DNA from: a virus | Lineage: Duplodnaviria > Caudoviricetes | DNA length: 24,098 bases | IMG/VR virus record: IMGVR_UViG_3300048796_000186 | Span: 1-24,098 of that record | Strand: one strand, 5' to 3' | Shown: positions 1-7,528 of the stretch, one piece after another | Layout: every line of letters begins with the position of its first letter | Position numbering within the stretch: position 1 is the stretch's first letter | Program-made: the position numbers and the translations under genes | Notes under the pieces: generated by a model | What the model saw: only the letters and a program-made list of their open reading frames with translations | Database searches by the model: none | What the model was told of the DNA's origin: nothing

Positions 1-2
1 AT

Positions 3-74
3 GCCGATGACTTCAAAAGTTTTGAAGTCGCCGCGCCGCCAAAGTACCCGCCGCCGAGATGGGTGGACCCATGA
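3..74 (+). CDS. Possible 3' end of a gene entering from the left (...ADDFKSFEVAAPPKYPPPRWVDP*)
   Basis: Frame open from the window edge to TGA 72-74, overlapping the next ATG (ATGA). Confidence 0.35.
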   Translation, partial: ADDFKSFEVAAPPKYPPPRWVDP

Positions 75-259
75 GGGCACGTAAGAACGGCAAGGGCGGC
101 AAGCATGTCGCGATCCAGCGCGGGCTCAGGCCAACCGGCAGCGGTTGGCCGTTCCGCCGCGAACTTCGTGAACTGGCGTCGATGTGTTTCGGTGGACATC
201 GGGGGCCAATACGGCCGACCAGCCGTCCCGTGAAGGAGCCAACACCATGCCGAGCGTGA
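71..259 (+). CDS. Small basic hypothetical protein
   Basis: ATGA coupling at 71-74 and short overlap with the next gene; no motif. Confidence 0.3.
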   Translation: MRARKNGKGGKHVAIQRGLRPTGSGWPFRRELRELASMCFGGHRGPIRPTSRPVKEPTPCRA

Positions 260-537
260 TCACACCCGAGGTCCTGGCGGAGCGCGTTTGCAGGAGGCTC
301 GACCTACCCACGAAGGACAACGCCGAGAGCCTGACCGAGATCCTGCGGGTGGCACTTACCGAGACGCGCGACCTGGCGATCGGAGCGGCAAAGGCTGTCT
401 GCCTGGAGATCGCGGAGGACGAAGCCGAGCGGTGCCGCAGCGTAGGGGCGACAATGGCGCAGCAGACGGCGCTGACCATCGCGGCTCGCATTCGTAAACG
501 GCATGTCGAGGTGGCCCGCAGCAATTCAGGGACCTGA
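247..537 (+). CDS. Hypothetical helical protein (96 aa, MPSVITPEVL...)
   Basis: GAAGGAG Shine-Dalgarno at 232-238 before ATG 247; GC3-rich codons. Confidence 0.7.
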   Translation: MPSVITPEVLAERVCRRLDLPTKDNAESLTEILRVALTETRDLAIGAAKAVCLEIAEDEAERCRSVGATMAQQTALTIAARIRKRHVEVARSNSGT

Positions 538-600
538 CCCCGCATCGGCGGCCGCGGCTTGAAATGTTGCGCAGTTCAACCAGTTAGACGGATTTTTTGA

Positions 601-635
601 GGTTGTCGCGGCGGGTTGTCACGTTGGTTGTCACG
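601..635 (+). repeat. Three direct repeats GGTTGTCRCG
   Basis: Copies start at 601, 614 and 626 in a non-coding gap. Confidence 0.75.
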
Positions 636-749
636 CGGATGCGGACGCCTATCGCGCCCGGAAAGGCGGCCTGAGATGGAACCGCGCAGCAATTGATCGT
701 TGTCTGGCGTGCGTCCACTACTGGCCGCGCCCTAGCCGCCCCCGACTCA

Positions 750-1994
750 ATGATTTACGGCAGCGTGTGTTCGGGCATTGAGGCTGTGACCGTGGCCTGG
801 AAGTCGCTGGGCTTCCGGCCGACATGGTTTGCCGAGATCGACCCGTTTTGCTCCGCGCTGCTGGCGCATCGACACCCGGGTGTTCCCAACCTTGGCGATT
901 TCACGACCATCGAAAAAAAACGCTGGCCAATCGACGTTCTGGCCGGAGGAACCCCCTGCCAGTCCTTCTCCCTCGCCGGAAGACGTGGCGGCCTGGAGGA
1001 TGCGCGTGGCAACCTGGCCATCGAGTTTTGCCGGCTTGCTGGCCGACTGCGGCCTCGTTGGATCGTCTGGGAAAACGTCCCCGGTGTTCTGTCCTCGAAC
1101 GGCGGACGGGACTTCGGCTCCATCATCGGGGCGCTGGCGGAACTCGGGTATGGTTGCGCCTGGCGAGTGCTGGACGCTCAGTTCCTCGGAGTGCCCCAGC
1201 GACGCCGTCGCGTCTTCGTTGTCGGACATCTTGGAGACTGGCGGCGTGCCGCAGCGGTACTTCTTGAGCGCGAAGGCTTGTGCCGGGATACTCCGGCGCG
1301 CCGCAAAGCGCGGGAAGACGTTGCCGGCGCTCTTGGCGGCGGCACTGGCGAGCGTGGCTGGTGCAACGACCTTGACCGGTCGGGAGCGTTCGTGTCCATG
1401 AGCCTGAACGCAAAGGGAGGCAGTGGGCGGCTCGATGGTGAGAGCGAAACGTTCGTAGCGTCCGGTTGCGGGTATTGGAACGAATCGGCGTCGGCGGAAA
1501 CGCTTGGGACGCAGGGGCGCGCGCTCTACGAAAGCACTGCCATCGTTGGCCCGCTGCCACCGACGGCGTTCTCCGCGAAGGACCACGGAGCCGACGCCGG
1601 TCCCCTCGCGCCGACGCTCCGCGCGATGCCGCACGCCGGCAGCCATGCGAACGCGGGCGGCCAGGTCGCGGTGTGTTTCGAGAGTCGCGTTGCGCGAAAC
1701 GGGCGCGGAGGTCCATCTGGAATTGTGCCGCCGCTCAAAGCGCAATCCGGCGGTTCTGGGCGGGGCGACGGCGCGCCACTGCTCGCGGTCGGCGGGCCAC
1801 TGGCGGTTAGGCGATTGACCCCGCGTGAGTGCGAACGCTTGCAGGGGATGCCAGACGATTACACGTTGATCCCATTTCGAGGGAGAGCCGCAGCCGACGG
1901 TCCCCGGTACCGCGCGATTGGAAACTCTATGGCGGTGCCAGTGATTCGGTGGATTGGCCGCCGAATTCAGATGGTGGACAGCATTGGTGGCTGA
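750..1994 (+). CDS. DNA (cytosine-5)-methyltransferase, main (alpha) frame
   Basis: Motif I SVCSGIEA, catalytic GTPCQSFS, WENVPG, VPQRRRRVF, RRLTPRECERLQG, YRAIGNSMAVP; start taken as ATG 750. Confidence 0.95.
   Translation: MIYGSVCSGIEAVTVAWKSLGFRPTWFAEIDPFCSALLAHRHPGVPNLGDFTTIEKKRWPIDVLAGGTPCQSFSLAGRRGGLEDARGNLAIEFCRLAGRLRPRWIVWENVPGVLSSNGGRDFGSIIGALAELGYGCAWRVLDAQFLGVPQRRRRVFVVGHLGDWRRAAAVLLEREGLCRDTPARRKAREDVAGALGGGTGERGWCNDLDRSGAFVSMSLNAKGGSGRLDGESETFVASGCGYWNESASAETLGTQGRALYESTAIVGPLPPTAFSAKDHGADAGPLAPTLRAMPHAGSHANAGGQVAVCFESRVARNGRGGPSGIVPPLKAQSGGSGRGDGAPLLAVGGPLAVRRLTPRECERLQGMPDDYTLIPFRGRAAADGPRYRAIGNSMAVPVIRWIGRRIQMVDSIGG
829..1401 (+). CDS. Overlapping +1-frame ORF, putative beta-type subunit of the C5 methyltransferase (start uncertain)
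   Basis: 190-codon open frame nested in the MTase gene containing SSLSDILETGGVPQRYFLSAKACAGILRRAAKRGKTLP; arrangement recalls M.EcoHK31I alpha/beta. Confidence 0.7.
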   Translation: MPRSTRFAPRCWRIDTRVFPTLAISRPSKKNAGQSTFWPEEPPASPSPSPEDVAAWRMRVATWPSSFAGLLADCGLVGSSGKTSPVFCPRTADGTSAPSSGRWRNSGMVAPGECWTLSSSECPSDAVASSLSDILETGGVPQRYFLSAKACAGILRRAAKRGKTLPALLAAALASVAGATTLTGRERSCP

Positions 1995-3555
1995 CGCGCG
2001 TGTCCCTCCCGCTATGGCGCGGCAAATCGAACTGTGGCCTGTCGAGCGGCTGGTCCCCTACGCCAGGAATGCACGGACGCATTCCGACGACCAGATTGCC
2101 CAGATTGCGGCAAGCATCGTGGAGTTCGGGTTCAACAATCCCGTCCTGGTGGACACCAACGCCGGGATCATCGCCGGCCACGGACGCCTGTTGGCCGCGC
2201 GGAAGTTGCGGCTGGAGTACGTGCCGGTGGTTGTGCTCGACCACCTCAGCGAGACGCAGAAGCGTGCGTACATACTCGCGGACAACCGGATTAGTGAGAA
2301 CGCCGGGTGGGACGAAGATACGCTGGCGGCGGAACTCGGGGAACTGCAAGCCGCCGATTGGCGGCTCGATCTGCTGGGCTTCTCCGAGGAGGAACTGGCC
2401 AAGCTCCTGGCCGATACCGAACCTGCGGCAGAGGCTCCTGCCGCGACTGAGGAGGAGATCCCCGAAGCACCGAGTGAGCCGGTAACGCGGGCCGGAGATG
2501 TCTGGTTGATCGGAAAGCACCGGCTGATCTGCGGGGACTGCCGCGATCATGGGACGCGCGCGCGATTGTTCGACGGGCAGAAGGCGAACGTAGTGATTAC
2601 CTCGCCGCCATACGCTACGCAGCGCGAGTATGATCCCGCGAGCGGCTTTAAGCCGGTGCCGCCGGAAGAGTACGTCGATTGGTTCCGCGCGGTGGCCAGC
2701 GGCGTCGAAGCGGTGCTGGCGCCGGACGGTTCCTACTTCCTGAACATCAAGGCGCACGCCGATGAGGGCGAGCGGAATCTCTACGTGATGGATCTGGTGC
2801 TGGCGCACCGGCGGCAGTGGGGATGGCGCTTCGTCGACGAGTTCTGCTGGCGCAAGACCGACAACGGCGTGCCGGGCGGTTGGGGAAATCGATTCAAAAA
2901 CGCGTTCGAGCCCATCTACCATTTCTGTCGCCAGCAGCAGATTAAATTCCGGCCTAAGGCGGTCGGGCACGAGTCGGAGGACTGCTTCGATTACAACCCG
3001 AACAATCCGAAATCGACTTCCGGCAGCGGCTTGCTGGGCACGGGGCCGCGCGGCGCGGCAGCCGATGGCGGCAAGAACCAGAGCGCATGGCAACGGAGCC
3101 GAAGCAGCCTCTCCGATGATTCCGAAGGCCGCCATGCGGGTGTCGCGCGGCCTTCCAACGTGATCGAGGTCCGCACGGAGTCCGGTCAGGGATCGCACTC
3201 CGCTCCGTTCCCGCGACCGCTCGTCGAGTTCTTCCTGCTGGCGTTCAGCGATGCCGGCGACGTGGTGTTCGATCCGTTCATGGGGTCTGGAACCACGATG
3301 ACCGCGGCGGCGATGTTGGAACGCGTTGCCTATGGCTGTGAGATCAGTCCCGCCTACTGCGACGTGATCCTGCGCCGGGTGATGCATTTGACCGGTGATA
3401 CGGCGATGCTCGCGGAGACGGGAGAAACATTCGCGGCGGCCGCGGAGTCGCGCGGCGTACCCGTCGACCAGGCTTTGAACCCGAAGCAACAGGACTCGCG
3501 GGCCATCAAACATCGCGGCCCGAATCCGTTCTACGGACCCAAGAAAGCATCCTGA
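1987..3555 (+). CDS. ParB N-terminal domain fused to beta-class amino (N4C/N6A) DNA methyltransferase
   Basis: PYARNARTHS...IIAGHGRLLAA...LADN ParB motif; TSPPY motif IV precedes DPFMGSGTT motif I; start GTG 1987 or ATG 2014. Confidence 0.92.
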   Translation: MADARVPPAMARQIELWPVERLVPYARNARTHSDDQIAQIAASIVEFGFNNPVLVDTNAGIIAGHGRLLAARKLRLEYVPVVVLDHLSETQKRAYILADNRISENAGWDEDTLAAELGELQAADWRLDLLGFSEEELAKLLADTEPAAEAPAATEEEIPEAPSEPVTRAGDVWLIGKHRLICGDCRDHGTRARLFDGQKANVVITSPPYATQREYDPASGFKPVPPEEYVDWFRAVASGVEAVLAPDGSYFLNIKAHADEGERNLYVMDLVLAHRRQWGWRFVDEFCWRKTDNGVPGGWGNRFKNAFEPIYHFCRQQQIKFRPKAVGHESEDCFDYNPNNPKSTSGSGLLGTGPRGAAADGGKNQSAWQRSRSSLSDDSEGRHAGVARPSNVIEVRTESGQGSHSAPFPRPLVEFFLLAFSDAGDVVFDPFMGSGTTMTAAAMLERVAYGCEISPAYCDVILRRVMHLTGDTAMLAETGETFAAAAESRGVPVDQALNPKQQDSRAIKHRGPNPFYGPKKAS

Positions 3556-3632
3556 TTTCTTTTCTTTGAGCGGCCAGGCGATCCCGGCTGCATGACCCTA
3601 ACCGCAACTCCAACCGAAAGGACTTTTCCCGT

Positions 3633-4148
3633 ATGGCCGAAACCAATCCCAATCTCTCTCCGTGCGTCACCCACCAGCCGAGCTTGCTGGGCGGCGCCGA
3701 AAACATCAAGCTGCTCTTCGACGAAGAGCTGGACAGCCGGCGCGAAACCCTGGCACGTCAGCGCGCCTGGGAAGCGGTATCGCTGGATCTGGCGCAGACC
3801 GCCAGCCGGCGCGCGCAGAACGCGGCAACGATCGATCACGCCATCAACGCCGGCATCGTGTTGTCCGGCCAGGTGGGCACGACCGAGGGCCAGCAGACCG
3901 TGTCGCCCGCCGGCACGGCCGCCAGCGAGACCACCAAGGGTGCCGTCGCCGCCGCCGGAGCTGGCGAGGCGGTGAGCGCCGAAGCAGTCACGGCCAACGT
4001 CGCGAACCTGTTCACGTCGCTGACGCCGGTGATCGCGAGCGCTTTGGCCGCCGCCATCTCGCAGACCATCGCGGCCCTTGTGCCGGTGGTGGTGACCGCT
4101 TCCGGAGGGGCGTCGACCCCTTCCCAGACGCAGCCCAAGGCCGCGTAG
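3633..4148 (+). CDS. Ala/Thr-rich hypothetical protein (171 aa)
   Basis: GAAAGGA SD-like element upstream; strong GC3 bias; hydrophobic C-terminal helix. Confidence 0.8.
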   Translation: MAETNPNLSPCVTHQPSLLGGAENIKLLFDEELDSRRETLARQRAWEAVSLDLAQTASRRAQNAATIDHAINAGIVLSGQVGTTEGQQTVSPAGTAASETTKGAVAAAGAGEAVSAEAVTANVANLFTSLTPVIASALAAAISQTIAALVPVVVTASGGASTPSQTQPKAA

Positions 4149-4224
4149 ATCTCCCCATACGGGAGATCCCTACCGGGGGCGGTTGCGGACGCTTCGGCTC
4201 CGAGGCCGCCTCCAAGGGCCTTTT
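4148..4224 (+). terminator. Tandem hairpins, the second with a cUUCGg loop, followed by a short T-run (weak terminator or processing/stability element)
   Basis: GATCTCCC-catac-GGGAGATC at 4148-4168; GGGGGCGGTT...CGGA.GC-TTCG-GC.TCCG...GGCCGCCTCC then CCTTTT. Confidence 0.5.
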
Positions 4225-4249
4225 CGTGTGGACCAGAAAGGACAAGAAG

Positions 4250-4432
4250 ATGAACTTCCTGCAAATCATTCAAACGATTCTCAGCGTGGCTCCCTCCGGC
4301 ATTCAGTTGACCCAGGAGGTGGTGGCGCTTGTTCAGGCCATCGAAGCCGCTTTCACCGCCGGCCAGACTCCGGCGACTCACCAGCAGGCCGTGGCGTCGG
4401 CTCTCGGCGCCCACCTCGCCAAGACCGCGTAA
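4250..4432 (+). CDS. Small amphipathic helical protein (60 aa, MNFLQIIQTIL...)
   Basis: GAAAGGA SD before ATG 4250; coding-like codon usage. Confidence 0.75.
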   Translation: MNFLQIIQTILSVAPSGIQLTQEVVALVQAIEAAFTAGQTPATHQQAVASALGAHLAKTA

Positions 4433-4444
4433 CACCCCATCCAC

Positions 4445-5761
4445 ATGAAGACCGCGCAAGATACAACCACGAGTCGGGAGAGCTCCGTGACGCCCGAGCG
4501 TGTCTTGCGCGATCTTCTCGTGGAGCGCTGGCAGGTCGAGCGCCTGATTCCCTACATCCGCAATGCCAGGACGCATTCGGAGGAGCAGGTTGCGCAGGTC
4601 GCCGCCAGCATCGCCGAGTTTGGGTGGACGAATCCAATCCTCGTCGGCGCCGACGGAGTGATCATCGCGGGTCACGCGCGCCTGCTTGCCGCCCGCAAAC
4701 TCGGGATGACCGAGGTCCCGGTCATCGTCCTCGACCACCTGTCGGAAACGCAGCGCCGCGCGCTGATCATCGCTGACAATCGTCTGGCGATGAATGCCGG
4801 TTGGGACGAGGAGATGTTACGCGTCGAGCTGGAGTCGCTCCAGGTGGACGGCTTCAATCTGGACATCGTGGGCTTCAGCGACGAGGAAATTGAAGCACTG
4901 CTCCACGAGCCGGAAGAGGCTCGCGCCGGGAACACCGACGACGATGCAGTCCCGGAGACGCCGGAGACTGCGGTCACGGTCCCGGGCGATGTCTGGATAC
5001 TTGGTGAGCACCGCCTGCTCTGCGGCGATTCCACGCAGTTGGAAGCAGTGGAGAAGGTCATGGCTGGTGGCCTTGCCGACATGGTTTGGTCAGACTTGCC
5101 GTACAACGTCAATTATGGCCAGACGATGAAGGACAAGCTCCGCGGCAATAAACGTAAGATCCTCAATGACAACCTCGGCGAAGGCTTTGGGGCATTCCTG
5201 CACGAGGCTTGCAGCAACATGCTGGCCGTCACCAAGGGCGCGATCTACATCTGCATGTCCTCCTCGGAGTTGCACACGCTGCACCGCGCCTTCACAGAGG
5301 CGGGCGGGCATTGGTCGACTTTCATCATCTGGGCAAAGAACACCTTTACCATGGGCCGCGCCGACTACCAGCGTCAATTCGAGCCGATGCTCTACGGCTG
5401 GCGGGATGGCACGGATCACTTCTGGTGTGGCGCCCGCGACCAGGGTGACGTGTGGTTTGTGAAGAAGCCAGTGAAGAACGATCTGCACCCAACTATGAAG
5501 CCAGTGGAGTTGATCGAACGGGCGATCCGCAACTCCTCAAAGACGCGCGACACGGTACTCGATCCGTTCGCCGGATCCGGCTCAACGCTGATCGCCTGCG
5601 AGAAAGCCGGTAGGCAGGCACGGGTGATTGAACTGGACCCGAAGTATTGCGACGTGATCTGCCGCAGGTACTCCGCGTTCACGGGTAAAGCTATCACGCT
5701 CGAATCCGACGGCCTGACATTTGACCAGGCCGCAGAAGCCCGGGGAGCGGTTGCTGCGTGA
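4445..5761 (+). CDS. Second ParB-N fused beta-class (probably N6-adenine) DNA methyltransferase
   Basis: PYIRNARTHS...IIAGHARLLAA; motif IV variant DLPY; HPTMKPVEL; DPFAGSGST; alternative start GTG 4487. Confidence 0.92.
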   Translation: MKTAQDTTTSRESSVTPERVLRDLLVERWQVERLIPYIRNARTHSEEQVAQVAASIAEFGWTNPILVGADGVIIAGHARLLAARKLGMTEVPVIVLDHLSETQRRALIIADNRLAMNAGWDEEMLRVELESLQVDGFNLDIVGFSDEEIEALLHEPEEARAGNTDDDAVPETPETAVTVPGDVWILGEHRLLCGDSTQLEAVEKVMAGGLADMVWSDLPYNVNYGQTMKDKLRGNKRKILNDNLGEGFGAFLHEACSNMLAVTKGAIYICMSSSELHTLHRAFTEAGGHWSTFIIWAKNTFTMGRADYQRQFEPMLYGWRDGTDHFWCGARDQGDVWFVKKPVKNDLHPTMKPVELIERAIRNSSKTRDTVLDPFAGSGSTLIACEKAGRQARVIELDPKYCDVICRRYSAFTGKAITLESDGLTFDQAAEARGAVAA

Positions 5762-6294
5762 GTGGCGAGGGCATCCCAGATCTCGAACTCGGGAAGGCTG
5801 CCGAGCATTTGGTGGTGGCCGACCTGATCCTTTCTGGATACCGGGCTTATCTCACCGAACAAGGATTGCCTTACGACGTCGTGGTTGATCACGAGGGGAG
5901 CTTGTATCGGGTTCAAGTGAAGGCAAGCCGTCGCGCAAAGAGAATGCCGCAGCGCGCGATGGTAACACCAGGCTATTTGTACAACGTGCGAAGGGCCGGT
6001 AAGGCCGGCAGACGCCAGTATGCGGATGATGAGTTCGACATCGTTGCCCTGGTTGCCATGGACGTACGGATTGTCGCTTATCTGCCGTTCAAGGGGCAAA
6101 TTCTGCAGACGATCTACCTGCGTCCTCCAGGGCACGTGGGCTCGGCGCGTACGGAGCGGACACGCACGATAGACCAGTTTCCGGTTGAAGCCGCGATGGC
6201 GGCTCTTACGGGCAAGCGTCCAACACTGGCCCCCAAAACGGAGTCTGTCCGGGTTGTGGCGAGAGACCAGGGGCGCCTGTTCGAGATTGCGTGA
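5758..6294 (+). CDS. PD-(D/E)XK endonuclease, PDDEXK_5 / group I intron-associated-like
   Basis: G..AE helix, PYD, RVQVK and FDIVA motifs; GTGA-coupled to the MTase stop. Confidence 0.8.
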   Translation: MSGEGIPDLELGKAAEHLVVADLILSGYRAYLTEQGLPYDVVVDHEGSLYRVQVKASRRAKRMPQRAMVTPGYLYNVRRAGKAGRRQYADDEFDIVALVAMDVRIVAYLPFKGQILQTIYLRPPGHVGSARTERTRTIDQFPVEAAMAALTGKRPTLAPKTESVRVVARDQGRLFEIA

Positions 6295-6352
6295 CTTAGC
6301 GACCCCTGACGCTCGCCCGACTCGAACAGAGTTCACCAAACGAGGAGGATCG

Positions 6353-6517
6353 ATGCCAACCCCAGGAATCATAGTGGCCGCGATGGCGGTAGCTCTGGTG
6401 GTAATCGGAGCGCAGAAGACGGTGCATGGCGTGAAGAAGGTGGGTCACCAGATCGGATGCCTTGCGAAGACGGGCCACAATTGTCCGCCGAAGCCGCCGC
6501 CTGTAACGGCGAAGTAA
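6353..6517 (+). CDS. Small exported or membrane peptide (54 aa)
   Basis: GAGGAGG SD; hydrophobic IIVAAMAVALVVIGA, then basic region, two Cys, Pro-rich tail. Confidence 0.7.
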   Translation: MPTPGIIVAAMAVALVVIGAQKTVHGVKKVGHQIGCLAKTGHNCPPKPPPVTAK

Positions 6518-6546
6518 TAGCCGCAGCGCCGGATCTCCAACGTGAG

Positions 6547-6783
6547 ATGGCGCGCTGCCGCGCGGAGATCGCCGCTGTCGAAGCGTTGCTGCGCGGCGGT
6601 CACAAGGATCTACAGGGCCTGTGTTTGGCACTCTCGGACTGGTCCGCCGAGCTACGCCTTCTGGAGAGAGAACGTGAACGATCATTTGTTTCAGATTCTG
6701 ATCCCGGTAACCGGGCTAGTGTCGGGACTGATTGCAACCTATGTCAGCCTGCAGAATCGGGCGCTGCTCGCCGAGGTGCGTAG
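6547..6783 (+). CDS. Hypothetical helical-hairpin protein (start uncertain)
   Basis: Amphipathic RCRAEIAAVEALLRGGH...GLCLALSDWSAELRLLE; fills the gap between neighbours; 3' end overlaps the next gene. Confidence 0.55.
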   Translation: MARCRAEIAAVEALLRGGHKDLQGLCLALSDWSAELRLLERERERSFVSDSDPGNRASVGTDCNLCQPAESGAARRGA

Positions 6784-6934
6784 GGAGCTGGCCGAGTTGG
6801 AGAATCGAATCATTGCGCGGATCAACGGTACCTACGTCCGCGCTGGGGAGTGCCAACTCCGAGAACAATTAGTCCACGAAAGACTCGCCGCCATCGCGGA
6901 GGAGCTGAAGAACAACAAAGCCGCCGGCGATTAG
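6674..6934 (+). CDS. Single-TM plus coiled-coil protein (86 aa)
   Basis: GGAGAG SD before GTG 6674; LFQILIPVTGLVSGLIATYVSL followed by a heptad-like helix. Confidence 0.7.
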   Translation: MNDHLFQILIPVTGLVSGLIATYVSLQNRALLAEVRRELAELENRIIARINGTYVRAGECQLREQLVHERLAAIAEELKNNKAAGD

Positions 6935-6950
6935 ACCGGCGGCGCGTTTC
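6920..6950. terminator. Hairpin between convergent genes, possibly a bidirectional terminator
   Basis: GCCGCCGG (6920-6927) / CCGGCGGC (6936-6943); A-rich before, short TTT after. Confidence 0.5.
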
Positions 6951-6962
6951 AGTGCGGGGCTG

Positions 6963-7514
6963 TTACAGCGCAACCCGGTAAGCGCGCACTCCATCGGGGC
7001 GTTTGAAGGATTCGACGGTGAGGCCCATCTTCTTTCCGAGGCTGCCCGAGATGAAGCCGCGGACGCTATGCGCCTGCCAGTCCGTAGCGGACATGATGTC
7101 AGCGAGCGTAGCGCCGTCCGGGCGCTTCAGCAGGTCGAGGACGATGGCCTTCTTGCTGCCGTCGCGCGCCGTGGGCGTCGCGTCCTTGACGGTGGCCGCC
7201 TTGGTCGCCTTGGCCTTCTTCGGCGCAACCGGGGCGGCCTGTGGCGCGGGGGTTGGCGTCAGGGCGTGGATGGCCTTCCAGATGCGCGCGACCGCCGTCT
7301 TGCGGTCGGTGAACTTCTTGACCGGCTTCAGCTCGCCAAAGGGCGGCGCGCCGGCGAAGGCGTTCCAGACTTCGACGAACCGCGTGATGGGCCAGTCGGC
7401 GGAGAGCTTGGCGAACTCCTTTTCGCTGGTGAAACGGTCTTGGCCTTCTGAAATCTGCTCGGCGGCGGCGAAGGCTGTGATGTTGTTGTCGGTGTCGATG
7501 GTGAAAGTCGTCAT
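6963..7514 (-). CDS. DUF3489 domain (winged-helix-like) protein
   Basis: GSKKAIVLDLLKRPDGATLADIMSATDWQAHSVRGFISG signature; AGGAG SD. Confidence 0.9.
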   Translation of the reverse strand: MTTFTIDTDNNITAFAAAEQISEGQDRFTSEKEFAKLSADWPITRFVEVWNAFAGAPPFGELKPVKKFTDRKTAVARIWKAIHALTPTPAPQAAPVAPKKAKATKAATVKDATPTARDGSKKAIVLDLLKRPDGATLADIMSATDWQAHSVRGFISGSLGKKMGLTVESFKRPDGVRAYRVAL

Positions 7515-7528
7515 GGTGGTCTCCTGTT

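Noticed and set aside
601-635. Repeats as a CRISPR array
   Set aside because: 10-bp units with 2-3 nt gaps and no cas genes
1927-3513. 528-aa reverse ORF opposite the first ParB-MTase
   Set aside because: Shadow ORF of a GC3-biased gene; Arg-rich and motif-free
3662-4249. Upstream extension of the 256-aa ORF 3662..4432
   Set aside because: Off-frame overlap with 3633..4148; the real start is ATG 4250 with a strong SD
1987-4900. ParB domains as a partition system
   Set aside because: They are N-terminal domains fused to MTases, with no HTH and no parA in the window
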